Shown in pieces: positions 1 to 12,237 of a DNA stretch of 64,000 bases. Position numbers and translations under genes: made by a program. The notes beneath the pieces were generated by a model that had not been told where the DNA came from, ran no database searches, and saw only the letters and a program-made list of their open reading frames with translations. The stretch lies in NCBI GenBank assembly GCA_000091205.1, contig AP006490.2; one strand, 5' to 3'. Positions within the stretch are counted from its first letter, which is position 1, and the number at the start of each line of letters is the position of its first letter. Source of the stretch: Cyanidioschyzon merolae. Taxonomy: Eukaryota.

Positions 1-74
1 ACACCACTGGCAGCCTCCCAGAATCGCACAGTATGATCGTAACCCCCGGTTGCGAGGATGACTTTCTTGGACAT
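1..74 (-). CDS. LST8: LST8-like WD40 protein, N-terminal fragment; the gene continues beyond the left window edge
   Basis: Reverse translation of nt 1-74 gives [25 protein letters not shown]. This matches the conserved N-terminus of LST8/GbetaL (human [20 protein letters not shown]). The ATG (cat on +) is at 72-74. Confidence 0.55.
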   Translation of the reverse strand, partial: [24 protein letters not shown]

Positions 75-879
75 CAGTTCGTAGGCTCCGTCTACGGGCC
101 CTTTGACTCGCTTCCGGGGTAAGTCCAGCTCTCTGTAAGCGTTCCAGCGAAAAAATATACGTAGCTTGCGAGGCTCGTCCCAAACGATCGACCCCGAAGA
201 CTACGTTGCTTCGTTCAAAAGCATACTTCGGTGGTTATCCAGCCCCTTTAGCTGTGTGTGTGTAGTATGTTTGAACGTCGCAACGCCTCGGCAGGTATGC
301 ACCAGGAAAAGACGAGCAACGGAAACGCTTCGTTGTATGGGACCGTGCGGATGCTGCAATGTGCACATCGGCGCTCTCTTCCGAACACTCATCTCTGGAT
401 GGAATAGAACGGTTTTGTCTGACGGACTTGATTGCGTACAGTAAAGTTTGGGTGCTTTCCCGCTATGATCAGCACGGGCCTTTTCTTGTTTTTCGTGCTG
501 CAACTTCTTTTTCCTCCATCGTTGGTCCGGTTTTCGAGTACGCTGGTCTCTTGTTCTCCTGCAGCAACGTTGACAGCTGTCCAAGCAGGATGATAGCAGC
601 GCGCAAGTATCGATTTCAGTATTTCCAGCTGTTGTCTACACATTTCATGCACAGGCAAACAAAAAATTCGCGGTGTACGCTTCACTTGCCATAAGCATGA
701 TCCTACTGGTATAGAACTCGTGTGCGCCCTTCGCAGTGGTGACACCTGGTCGTTGTCCGGTGTCACTTTACATTGGTGGTACCTCGGCTTCGGACGGCTG
801 CCTTGTGGAGCGTAAACGCTTGCTCCCGAAGGATAGAGAAGTCTCGATCCGACACATTCATCGGTGACAGCGCTCGGTT

Positions 880-1400
880 GCATACCCTAGGATCAATGTG
901 CTGCTTCTGGACGATTCCCTCGGGGATGAACCCATCGCCTGCACCCACAATCGGATGCTTTTCCATTCGATGCATGATTTAAGGGATTCAAGGTTGTCCG
1001 CGATGGAGCAAGTGCCGAAAAGCAACTGCTGGTTGGAGAACAAGTCGAGAAACCTGGGTCCGTCTACGTCCACCTCGTGCAAAGCGCGAGCACGCCCTCG
1101 ACTGCAGCCGACAGCTGCGATCACCGAACGCCGACTCCAAGACACGATTCCATGTACACAAAAGACACTTCGTTTTTCGACCGTATATTCCGTGACAGGA
1201 ATCATGGCGCTACTGTTCACTACCTTTCCGGCAATGATCAAGAAGAAGGGATCACTTGTCTTTCGAGCGGAGTCGATGATTTGACGAGAAAAGTTCACTG
1301 AACGTGCGGCATGTGCTTGTGAACAAGTCTCCATGGGACCAGGTCGAGAGGTTTCTTCGCTAGTTCAGCGACGCGGACAGATTCGACCACGGGTTGCCTT
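880..1400 (-). repeat. Diverged dispersed repeat 'R1', copy A; inverted relative to copy B at about 18040-18460
   Basis: The reverse complement of about 1150-1340 aligns to 18100-18260 at roughly 80% identity. The ORF fragments of both copies share the peptide QIIDSxRKTSxP. Boundaries are approximate. Confidence 0.45.
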
Positions 1401-3220
1401 GCTGCTAGTCTACGGAACACTTGACGAGTGATGATTTGGGTGTGCGACACACAAGCAAAGGAGAAAAGTGGATGCTTGCGCCTATGCATTTGATTATAAT
1501 AGCGCTTATTTCAAGAGTCTTTTCTCGAGGGCACCGGGGATCATCTCGATCACTTGTCCATAACGAATTCCAGCGGTGTAGGATCCAAGGAGCCACACTG
1601 ACAACCATAAACCGGAATCCCGACACTCTCCATGAACCAGGACGCCCTGCTCGCTGTACGTCGACTGCCGAGGCAGTCCATCTGTAAAGTTCCAAGGACA
1701 AATCAAAAGCCAGGCAAAGCGTGAGCATTCCGAGCTCCGTTGCAAAGCGACACAGGTAGGGAAAAGGAGCACACGGTCTCTCGCCATCGACCTGGAGTAC
1801 TTGCACAAGACGGATAACGCGCCTCTCATGAACGTTATAGAGGCAGACAAAGCGTCAAGTCGCTGGCGCTCTGCGTACATACGGGCGGCGTCTATCATGG
1901 GCCCCGAAAGCCATTATCCATTCCGAATTCTGGGATCCGTGGTCAATCGAAACGTTTTGTCATCTGAAAATAAAATCTGTCAAGCACACGACGAGAACTG
2001 CAACCGTTGTGTTCGGGCATGTTTTCTCTAAAGTTATTTCGGTCCTGCGCCCTATGATTTAGAAACACTTTAGAAGTGTCTGCAGATCCGCTCATCTCGA
2101 GGCTCTACCAAACACAAGAATCGCTTGTGTTGAACAGACTCGGATGATCGAGTACCTCGCGATCGATACATCCATTGCCGTCTTGCACCCTTCCGTGGAC
2201 GTCCGGATGCCTCCGACGAACCATGCATGCAAGCATCGAACTTGGCCTCTCCACAGGCACCGATGTATTCAGGAACGTTGCTCACGCTCCATAAGCACCC
2301 ACGGAGGTGAACAAGAGGACCAGGTTCAGCGTAGGCGATGTTCTCGGCATTTAAGTGCGGCATTTTTCAAATAAGGATAGCGCACTCGATGCCAGCTGGT
2401 TCGGGAGTCAGCTCTCCGAATGATCTGGATATGCGGGAACCTTGGTGCTGCATAGAAAGCCTGTCCACTTCGGACAAAGGTCGCGGCGTGCAGAGAAAAA
2501 AAGTTCATATGGATTGGTCGTATTCCATGCATTCTCGAAATGCCTGGAGCGAACGCTGTCATGCCCTATCGCATGGCTTCTTGGCGTGTTCCTGCAATGC
2601 TCGCATCCTCTGACTCGATCGAATGATGCCGTTCCTGGAATCCGTGGCTGGCAAGTCTTAAAGTATCCTTTATTCCAAAGGTATCGGTTGCCATGGATAA
2701 GCCCGTTGTGTACCAGCGTTGCACGTGATTGGCACGCTGCCCTGCGTCACGTTCAAAGGTGCTGTTCGAGGCTGTTGGTGCGTTTCTTGTCCAGAGGTTT
2801 CGCGTCTGCTACGCCGACGCGCATGCGGACCGTATCCCAGTCGCGTGCCCGAGGATGTCGTGGTATTCATCGGGACGTACACAGCCATCAAGTATCGATA
2901 AAGCATGCGACGCACCAGAAACCAGGTCTGTGGATCTCAGCAGCCGAAGCTCGACGACACCAGCATATCGCTTTTACCCAGACGCCTACCGCACACAGCG
3001 CACTGGTGGAAAACGTAGCACACGACGACGTTGTGGACTTGCTCCCGACAGCTCCACCTGGGACCTGCTTTCCCAGATTGTAACTACCCAAGCGTTGCTG
3101 TCGGGACGCGGAGCTGAGCGAGTCTCGGCTCCTGACGCCTGCCTACCAGCGATCACGCGACATCGTCTCGTTTCTTCACTGTCGCCACTGAAGCGCTGAG
3201 CTCCCAATCGATCTGAAAGC

Positions 3221-4687
3221 TCACCGCATTCCCCGATCATGCAACAGGCGATGCAGCAGAATCGCTCCAGCCACACTAACATTCAGCGAGTCTACAGCGG
3301 CCAGCGCTGCATCCTCAGCCGCAACGAGTCCTCTTTCGATAAAAGCAAATGCGGTACATGCGCGTTCCACATTGGTGCGCAAGCCGTGACCCTCATTGCC
3401 CAACACCAGTATCGTCGGAGTGTGCAGCGCCAGCTCCGCACATGGCGTTACCGGGCGAGATGCTTGCGCGTGTCGAGGAGCGCCACCACCATCCGACAAG
3501 TGCTCACGAGTCTGCAAAATCATCCCAGATGTCGGTAGAGCAGTTCCCAGAACGCGCCATCCGTGGACACGATGGGCTTGTTCTAGAAATCGCGGCATGT
3601 TTGAGACAGCGTGCACTTGCATGAACTCCATGGCACCACTGCTTGCCTTGCTGACCGTCGCAGTCAGTCCAGCAGAGTTCTTCCTCGATACCATGACGCC
3701 ATCACAGCCGAAAAAATAAGCAGATCGTAGCAGGGCTCCCAGGTTTTGCGGATCCCAGACCTCGTCAAGTGCTAACCAGCACGGGTGACGCGGTTCATGG
3801 TTCTCGTTAGTCGGCGAGTACACCCGAGGCCTCGGCTCAAATGCCTCCGGAGATACCATCGGTACCGGTTCCAGAGCAGAGCACTCCAAGACAAAGCCCT
3901 GATGCGGTCGATTTCCGCACAAGGTGTTCAGCGTACCTTTATCGACGCGCTGAATCTTCACTCCCTGCTGATTCGCAGCGAGAAGAATCTGCTCTTCCAC
4001 TGCTTTTTTCGTTTCTCTTCGCGGGACCGGATATTGTTGTTCTTGATGCTCTACAGACACTGCCAACCTATCCAGCAGAAAGAGCTCGTAGAAATGCGCT
4101 CGCCGACGGGCGCTCAGCGCTGCGAATACCGGCGCCAGTCCATAGAGAAAGTCATGGCCGCTCTGCAGTTTTTCCTGCAACGGTGAAAGTACATCGCGCT
4201 GACGAGGAGGCCTTGCACCTGGTCCGCGGCGCCATTGCCGTTCCGTGAGCTCCGTTTCGGGCTTTGGAAACGAAGGCGCTCTGTCAGCAGAGCGCGGAAA
4301 CGGTGCACGTTTTCCGCTCCGCTGTTTCGGGACTTGCGGGCGCGGCTCCGACTCCGATGCAGCTGCGTACCAGCGAACGCGATAAACGCTTCGTGCGCGC
4401 AGCCTCCTACCTAAACCAGCACCAATGCCTCCAAAGCGCGAAGCAAGAACGGCTGGCGTCCAGCGATGAAGCCCCGCTATCCATGCAACCGCGGGATCCA
4501 TTCGTTGATCGAGCGAGACGCAGTGCTCGCTAGGCATCTTGCGGAATTTATCCCTCCAGTCAAACTCAGGCTGAGCGCAGAAGTTTCGCTCCATGGAAAC
4601 TGCTTTCAGTTTCGCACTAGAGCGGCCCGCTGAAGTATGCACCAGCGGGAAAGCGGGGGCGGTCTGACAACGGTGCAGCCGCTGCAC
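3221..4687 (-). CDS. SpoU/TrmH-family RNA 2'-O-ribose methyltransferase (MRM1-like) with a long N-terminal extension that may be an organellar presequence
   Basis: The C-terminal catalytic region carries SpoU motifs (LVLGNEGHGLR...LNVSVAGAILLHRL). The ORF-track start is GTG; the first in-frame ATG (MERNF...) ends at 4594. Confidence 0.7.
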   Translation of the reverse strand: MQRLHRCQTAPAFPLVHTSAGRSSAKLKAVSMERNFCAQPEFDWRDKFRKMPSEHCVSLDQRMDPAVAWIAGLHRWTPAVLASRFGGIGAGLGRRLRARSVYRVRWYAAASESEPRPQVPKQRSGKRAPFPRSADRAPSFPKPETELTERQWRRGPGARPPRQRDVLSPLQEKLQSGHDFLYGLAPVFAALSARRRAHFYELFLLDRLAVSVEHQEQQYPVPRRETKKAVEEQILLAANQQGVKIQRVDKGTLNTLCGNRPHQGFVLECSALEPVPMVSPEAFEPRPRVYSPTNENHEPRHPCWLALDEVWDPQNLGALLRSAYFFGCDGVMVSRKNSAGLTATVSKASSGAMEFMQVHAVSNMPRFLEQAHRVHGWRVLGTALPTSGMILQTREHLSDGGGAPRHAQASRPVTPCAELALHTPTILVLGNEGHGLRTNVERACTAFAFIERGLVAAEDAALAAVDSLNVSVAGAILLHRLLHDRGMR

Positions 4688-5031
4688 GCTATACGGAGCT
4701 TCTCCAGACTCAACTTTGATGTACCGAGTGGAAACAAGGCACGCTGGAGAAACAAAGAGAAAGGTTTGCGTAACAGCGCAACTGAAGAAAAACAGCAGTC
4801 AATACGACAGCAAGCAAGCAAAGCGTTTCGAACGGTGCTGGTCGAGGAAGCCATATGTCGAGGGGGCGCTCTCAAGTCTGTACAAAGTAGTACAAAGCTT
4901 TGAGGACGTCGTTTGTCTCCTCGTTCGCATATACTCGCTGACGTTCGTGTTGGACCAGGTTGTTGACGGGGCGGAGGTGTTCACGATTCGGCAGGCATCA
5001 CCTATTCTGTAGCGTCCAACTGGACTGGAAC
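4595..5031. promoter_or_regulatory. Probable bidirectional promoter between the divergent SpoU-like and TAF1 genes
   Basis: Head-to-head ATGs at 4594 (-) and 5032 (+) are separated by about 440 bp of non-coding sequence. Confidence 0.3.
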
Positions 5032-8000
5032 ATGTCCAGTGATAATGGAGCGGTACCTCGCGGAGACTCCAGCGAGTTCCAGGACGCAAACTGGCCGGCA
5101 GATGCCGCCCCAGCACTGAGCGGCTTTCTCTTTGGCAACGTCGACGCCGAAGGCCGTCTCGAAGCAGACTACCTCGATGCGGACGCGAAAGCCTCGCTGC
5201 ACGTCATAGCACCAATGGTGCTGCCCGACGATGCCGAGGTGTTCACTGTCGCTACAGCACGCGCGAGCAAAAACTTCAACGACGGACACGAGCTCGGAGC
5301 GGACCCGAGGGCCTCGAGTGCGCTCGGGAGAGGCGTGTCGCAGGTGCTCACCTCCGCTCCACTGAACGGGGATACTGGTCTGGTGCATGCTGCCTCCGCT
5401 GCGCCTGAGACCGAACAAGATCGAGTGAGGCCGCTGCGCTCGACCCCGTCGCTTGTCCAAGACAGGAGCGCGTCTCCCGAGAACCTCGACTTTTACGATG
5501 CGTCTGATCTCTCTGAAGACCTCGATACCAGTTTCGACTCCCCGGGATTTATGAAGCCCTCTTCGAGCGCTCCACAGCGGACGTTGGAAGTGGTCGTAGG
5601 GGCATCGGAGGGCGCGCTGCCTTCCGCTGAGAGCAGCGAGCATCAACACCGGCACGGAGACGAAAACGCGTATAGCCTTCATGAGCAAGCTGCTCGCGAG
5701 GCGCTGCTCTCCACGGACTATGACGCCCTAAGTGAAGGCGATGATGAAACGGGCGACTCGAAACTGAAGGTCGCCGAGCCCGCCAGACTCGGACCTGGAA
5801 CCTCATCTGCGGGCTCTGAACGAGCGTTGCTGTCGGCGGAGAGAGCGCCCCTGCAACCTCAACCGGCTGCGAAAGCCTCTTCGCCTCAACAGAATCTTTG
5901 CTCAGATACGGATATACCGCGTTTCACGCGCTTCCTTGTGCCAGAGGAGCTGGTGCATCCATTTCACGCCACGAAGCGGAAACGAATCCGCTGGCAGAGC
6001 AAGTCGACACAAGCAGATGATCCGTCCGAACGCCTGGTCGGTGAGGAGCTTCTCTTCCAACGACCAGAGGATCTCAGATGGATCCGTTTTCCCTATGCCT
6101 ACCTGATTTTAGACGACATGCAAGAGGTACAGGAGCTCTTGCGCAAGACGATCCACCGACGTGTCCTAGCGGGCCGCGCTGGTGAATCCAAAGCGAATAC
6201 CCGCCGCTGCACACCGCTGGTAGCTGAAGCGGTCACAGAGATAGCGTCCAGTCGTGAAGGTACTCCAGCGACACCAGCACACCAAGCCGTCGAGGCGCCT
6301 GTAGCGGATGCTCACCGCTCTAACGGGCGATTGGCTGCAGGGGAGCGCACGCGAGCCGCAGCACCTTGTGCTCGTCCACATACGACAAGCGCGGACGATA
6401 CCTGCGCTGCTTTTCTGTGGCAGCAATGGCAATGGGAGCAGGATGTCTGCTGGGAAGAAACCAACAAGTCCACAACATTGCGATATTTGCCGGCTTCAGA
6501 GCGACTCGAACATGACGCGCAGCGAAATGAAGCGCTTGTCAATGGCGCCTGGACGCAGCTGGTCGCCTGGGAAGGACCGGCACCTGTGTGGCAGCGCTGG
6601 CGTCATCAGCTGGGGAAGAAAACCACCAGCGTACTAGAACTAGATGAGCATGCGATTGCCATCAGCAGACGATTCAGCTGGCTGCATCTGGATGAGAATG
6701 ATCCTCAGCTGATTCTGTGTCGCGCTGCGAATCGGCTGTTAACACAATCAGCGCCGAATCTGTACCTGCCGCAGCAGTTAGGCCAGATAGAGTCCCTGCT
6801 CATGAATGCGTCCAACGATCGTTTTTACGGTATCGAGATGACCGGGCAAAGGCGACGGAGTGCCCGCACCGAGGCCCTCGCAAACTTGCGTCATGCACTG
6901 AAAGCGCGCCAGGGCTATACCTCGGCGTGGTGCTACGGCTACACGGAACCCCAGAGTTACTATCGACCGAATATCTTGCCGATACTCTGGCAGTTGTGCG
7001 GTCAGCGTGCGGTGCCGTTGCTCCTATTTGCGGCAAAGTCGGCGCCCTCGATGCTACCGCACGAGATGCGTGCCTGGGTCCCGAAGAGCTGGAGCGACCT
7101 CTCGGGCATTTCGCCCAAAGCAGGCGGAGATATTTACTTGTTTGAATATCCACTGGAAGCCGATCCTTTTCTGGTCCAATTGCCAGGTATGGCTAGTCGG
7201 CTGCTCACCTATAGTCGCCGTGCAGCTGACGACACGGTCTCGAATCCCAGCGAAGACCCCGATACCGTCTATCTTGCCGCAGACGACTTGCCTCCGCTGC
7301 ACACCGGAGACGTGCGCCCCGGTCAGGTGTTACGCGTCTATGAGAACAATGCGTTTGCGGCTCCGTTTGAACCCGTTTCGCCACCTCAAACGGACTTTTT
7401 GGTCGTCTGTTCCGCTCAGCGCGGATTATACGTACGTCCAATCAAGCAAGTCCTAGCGATCGGGCGTCTCGAGCCACGGAACCGGCCCAAGGTCATGATT
7501 CCCAATAGTGACCGCATGAAGCGTTTCGTGAAAAACAAGATAGAACTCGATGTAACTCGTGAGCTGATTCGGCGTGGCGATACCGGGGTCGAGCGCTCCG
7601 AGGTCATTCAGATGTTCCCGCGACGTCGGGTTTACCCCGAGACCACGATTGCGAGCGTGCTGCGCGAGACTTGCGACAATGCCCGGAACCGTTACGTTAT
7701 CAAGAAGAACTATGTAGAGACCGTATGGCCCAAACGTGAGCTCGAGTTGTTGCGTTTCGTGACGCCCGAGGAAACCTGCGCCTTCGAATCGATGGAAATC
7801 GGCTGGGAGCAGCTGTCTGCCAAAGGGATCACGATCTTTTCGAGCCCGTCTATGCAGGGAAACATCGTTGGCGGAGCCGAGAAAGCAGGTCTCGGAGCCC
7901 GAGGTATCGAGATTGCTCGCTACATTCGAGAGGAACTGGCCAAGACACGTTGGGTTCGCACTGAGGTGCTCGTGCGCGCTCAGAAGAGTCTCCAGTTCGC

Positions 8001-9228
8001 GCTGCGGAGTGTACTGAGTGCTGCATCCCTGGCGATGGATATCTTACGCGGCAATCCAGCTGCGGACGATCGACTCAAAACCATGTCGCGGGATGATGCG
8101 CTGCGGTTTTTGAAAGTGCAGTTCTCATGCAACCTGAACCCTTCCCAACGCGCAGCCATTGACGTTGCCGAGACCAGAGCTGCCACCGTCCGTCAAATTG
8201 CCCTTGAGAGAGCCCGTCAACGCCCGCTTGTACCGCTTGCTGTTCAAGTGCAACGTCTCATCGATGAACACGTCCAGACGGTACGGGCGCTCTCGCTGGA
8301 GCACCAGCTGGTGCTGCTACGTGAGGGATACCCCCGCAGCGCCACCGGTCGCCCTAGCGGCAGCGGCCTCAACAACAACATCGGCAGAAAAGCGCTGCAA
8401 CGCATGGAGAATTCTCGGGCAACGAACATGCCCAAACCTGCTGATGACTGGGAGGAGCGGCAGGAGCTGTCACGTCTGTTGGCCTCGCAGCGGCGGAGTG
8501 TGCCGGCTCCGATGGACTCGGGACTCTCCGTATCCGGTTCTGATCGGCGCTCAGAGGCGTCAAGCGCACCTGTGCAGTATGTGCGCAAGCGTCGCTTGAA
8601 GATCATCCGCCGAATCAACGGTCAGGTGCAGGTGCTGTATCTGGAAGATCCCCAGGAGATAGAGGCGTATCTTCAGCATCGGCGGATGCGTGAGGAGGCC
8701 CTCCGCACCGGCATTGGGGGCGGGATCGGATTCGCTGCTCGCAGTATGACACAGAGTCGCAAAGCAGGTAAGAAGGGAACCGCAGAAGAGCGTCTCCGGG
8801 AGCGCCTCGAAGAGTTGGCTGAAGCAGCGCGGCGCATCAACGCGTGGATGCTGGGGCCCACGACGGCGCTCGGTGCCGCCAAACCTGCAACAACAATGAC
8901 AACAACAACAGGAGCAGCAGGAGCAGCGACCAGTGCTTCTAATGGTGCAAGTACCGCTCAGAGCTCACACGCTATCGCGGAAGCGCTCTCTGGCGCCGTG
9001 CATACGATCCGAGAGTCCATTCGGATCAGCGGTGCCTCAACAAACCAGGCCGTAGGCACTCTGGGAGACACCGGGCGCCTGCAGCAGCGGCCTGCAGCGC
9101 CACCGGCAACGTCCATGAGAGCAGAGACAGGTGCTGCTTCTATGCAGCATCATCAGGCGGGTCTGTGGCTGGACGCGAGCGCCTCCAACTCGACCGATGT
9201 CTCTTGGTTGCGGGTGACACTACCAAAT

Positions 9229-9261
<33 letters not shown>

Positions 9262-10347
9262 GCAGGAACGCCTCCAGTAGCCAGTTTTCGCAGTGTAGCC
9301 GAACGCGACGGTGAGGCATCCCTACTGGAGCCTAGCCAGGCCGGGTTCCCCGCTGCGCACCGCAAGCCCGACACCATCGAGAGCGGTCAGCACGGAGACC
9401 AGATACCTTCTGTCGAGCACAGTGACCAGCAGGGAGCATTTGCGTGGCTCGCCCCGGATCGAGCGAATGCGCTCACCTCAGACCTGAGTCAGTCATCGAG
9501 CCGAAACGCTTCCCCGAAACCCTCATCACTCGTCACCAATGGCGCTGGTGCGCCCAGCCGCCTCAAGCTGCGCATTCCCGCTGCACTTGCAACCGAAGCG
9601 CCGGGGCTTTCTCAGGGAGCTCAGCTGCACGGCACTGCGGAGAGTACGAGTGGCGTGCCGGCACCGGCGCTGACTAGTGAAGCGCCCCCCTCATCCGGTG
9701 TGCCGCGCATTTTCATTTGGGCACCCAAAGATGAGCCTGAGGGCTCGCTATCCGCATCTACGCGGACGTCGAGCGGATTCGAAGCATCCACCGCCCTGGC
9801 GAAGGATACGACCCTCTGGGTGGAACAGGGCTCATCACCGCGACCTGGTCCCCGAGTTCGGGTCAGCAAACGTAGCAGCGGCAAAGTGCACCTGAACAAT
9901 ATTCTACGGGAGGTGGAAACCTGCGTTCGCGATGCCGAAGGCGTTGTTGTTGCCACCACGCCCTACATCTCTGTGGTGCGCGTACGTCCGGGTGAAGCGC
10001 TGCCCCCGGGCGGGCTCGATCGACCCGCCAAGCTTGCCGTAGCCGGGAACATCGACTTTATCAATCCGGTACGTGACGCTGCGTACCGCAAGAAAATACC
10101 GTTACCAAAGCAGATGTACTTGCAGAGAATACGGCGCAAATGTGAGGAGGTCGCCTATAATTCGGTGGACGAGTTCCTGTCGGATATGCGCCAGATTGTA
10201 GAGAATGCTCGTCAGTACCATACAGCTCCCGAAGCACACTGGGTCGTCCAACACGCCGAGTACCTGCACGAGGCAGCCGAGGAGGAGCTCAAGAAACGAC
10301 AACAGGATATCGACGAGGCGATTCAACGGGACGCGCAGGCACCCTGA
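4960..10347 (+). CDS. TAF1: TFIID largest subunit TAF1-like, with a DUF3591 core and a single C-terminal bromodomain
   Basis: GQVLRVYENNAFAAPFEPVSPPQTDFLVVCSAQRGLYVRPIKQVLAIGRLEPRNRPKVMIPNS aligns with human TAF1 [60 protein letters not shown]. The C-terminus carries a bromodomain motif (YNSVDEFLSDMRQIVENARQYH). The track start is TTG; the first ATG (MSSDNG) is at 5032, and the stop is TGA. Confidence 0.8.
9229..9258 (+). repeat. (CAG)10-11 microsatellite encoding a polyQ tract inside TAF1
   Basis: The sequence is pure CAG triplets; the translation reads NQQQQQQQQQQQP. Confidence 0.9.
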
Positions 10348-10903
10348 AGTTTTACACCCGTGTCAGATAAAAATGGGACACTGAACTGGTTGTTCTCTAT
10401 ATGGTTTTCCATGTCGTATCGTGGTTGTCAGATGCTCGGCCTCGACACCCATAAGATACCAGGACTGGTGTACCGTTTCGTACGCATGAGGATGCGCGGT
10501 TTTGTTTTGCGAGCGCTTTCTTCGACGCTTTGCCCCTGGCATTTTCAGAACGTCATCGGAATGGTGATGATTCGTGGCACCTTCGAGACCGGATTCGTCC
10601 AACGAATGAATTCTTAATCGATTGCATAGGTCGGGGCCTTCAGTGCTCCTCGTACCGTATGTGTAGCGTGTTCCATGCCACAGTTGCATCAAGTGTTCGA
10701 TCGTTCTGATTGCAGGCGCTTCGTGAGCGCTGGCACTCACGACGCTGCATCAACGAGACAAAGATTCTCGAACTTGTCCCTGAACGACTTTTTCACACCA
10801 AATCAGAACGAGCGTCCACCGAACTTTTCTGATAGCATTATCGATTCCATCGGAGAGGCGAGCGCTGCTCTTTAACCATTCGTAAACGAAACAAGATTCG
10901 TTA

Positions 10904-10948
10904 GCATCAGCAGCATCAGCAGCATCAGCAGCATCAGCAGCATCAGCA
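10904..10948. repeat. (CAGCAT)n microsatellite, about 7-8 units, in the TAF1 3' flank
   Basis: The sequence reads gcatcagcagcatcagcagcatcagcagcatcagca... Confidence 0.85.
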
Positions 10949-12237
10949 CCTGGATATCTGTCTAGGGATAAGCGCACAGGAGTTTCCGCCCCTACGGTTT
11001 CTAGGGTAAAGGTTCCTGGGCTCGGACTTGGCCTTGGGCGTGAATCAGCGCTGCGAACGATTCCAGTAGCGAGCGCTCTACCGCTACGGACGAATGTCGC
11101 GTAGAACGCTCGGCAAATCCCGAGGTACGCGCGCAAGCCGCGGTTTCCCTTTCGGTACCTGATTCATCATGAACTGCATCGCCTCCCATCCATCCTCTAC
11201 CGAATGCAACAGTATGCGCTTGCGTGTGTCGCGGAAAGAGCACTTGGCTGGGGAATCGCTCAGAAGAAGCCTGGGATCATAGAGAACGGCACCGGGCGCG
11301 AAAACGGAGGATGGCATCGAGGCGAACCCCGTGCACCCATCAAGTCCATGAAACGAGCGATGACCTGAGCCTTCTCGGATGCCAGGGCAGCACTTGGAGC
11401 AGTAGCTACGGTGACAACGCGGGAATAACTGACCCAGGTCAAGTGTCAGTGCTACGAGCAGCGCACCGGCGCTTGATCCATAGAAGACCACGCAAATGAC
11501 AAGCGATGCATCGATCGCAGCTTCCGCCTGTGCATGGTACTGGTCGACGACAGCCACAAGCGGCGATATCGGGACACGGAACCCTACCACGAGTATCTTT
11601 TCATTGCTGACGATGGAGCTGCTGGCACACGGGAGACCCGTCGTACCAGTAGCAGGAGATGCGAGAGACACCGAAAAAGCCCGATTATGCTGGTGCTGAA
11701 GACAACGGAACGAGGCATCAACTTGAGCTAGGACGCTGGAGTCAGCCAAGCTGACCCATTCCATTTTTTCTCTGCCAAGGACACAGAAATGAACGATGAT
11801 CAGCTGCAGGGCCGAACGCGCAGCACCATGTTCCTCGGTGATGTACCTGGGTATGCTGCAACAAATCAGCACGACTGGAGACTGCTCGCTCAAGGACGGA
11901 TCGTCGAAGCCATCCTTGTTCGACTTTTCGACGTCGTCGGATGCCTGAAACCTTTTCACAAGCGTGCGGCTCGCTTTGGAACCTCAGCTGTGCTGTGTTC
12001 AGCGGCTCGCGAACGCCTGCGCAAAAGCACGTTTCCTGAAGGCAGTCCAGAAATACAAGGACTAGGGAAACGTCGGCATCATCATCAGGAAGGTTTCGTA
12101 TTGCCATGCCATCTCCCGAGGCGCAGCGATGTTGTGCTCCATCGTCCGTCCCGTGCGCAATACCGTAGTGTTTCCGTTCAATACCCGCCAGGTTGCCGTA
12201 CTTAACTCGATGCGCTCCAGCATCATTTACCTCATGT

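Noticed and set aside
166-3199. Many short overlapping ORFs (for example 166..444, 389..883, 2442..3083) at the left end
   Set aside because: Most start on TTG/GTG/CTG, overlap each other in all frames and show no conservation. This region is non-coding flank of LST8 plus the R1 repeat relic.
11084-11959. 291-aa minus-strand ORF between TAF1 and the cyclophilin gene
   Set aside because: It starts on a non-ATG codon, and its first in-frame ATG is at residue 66. Composition is low-complexity with no recognisable domain. It is probably non-coding spacer; at most a very low-confidence gene.
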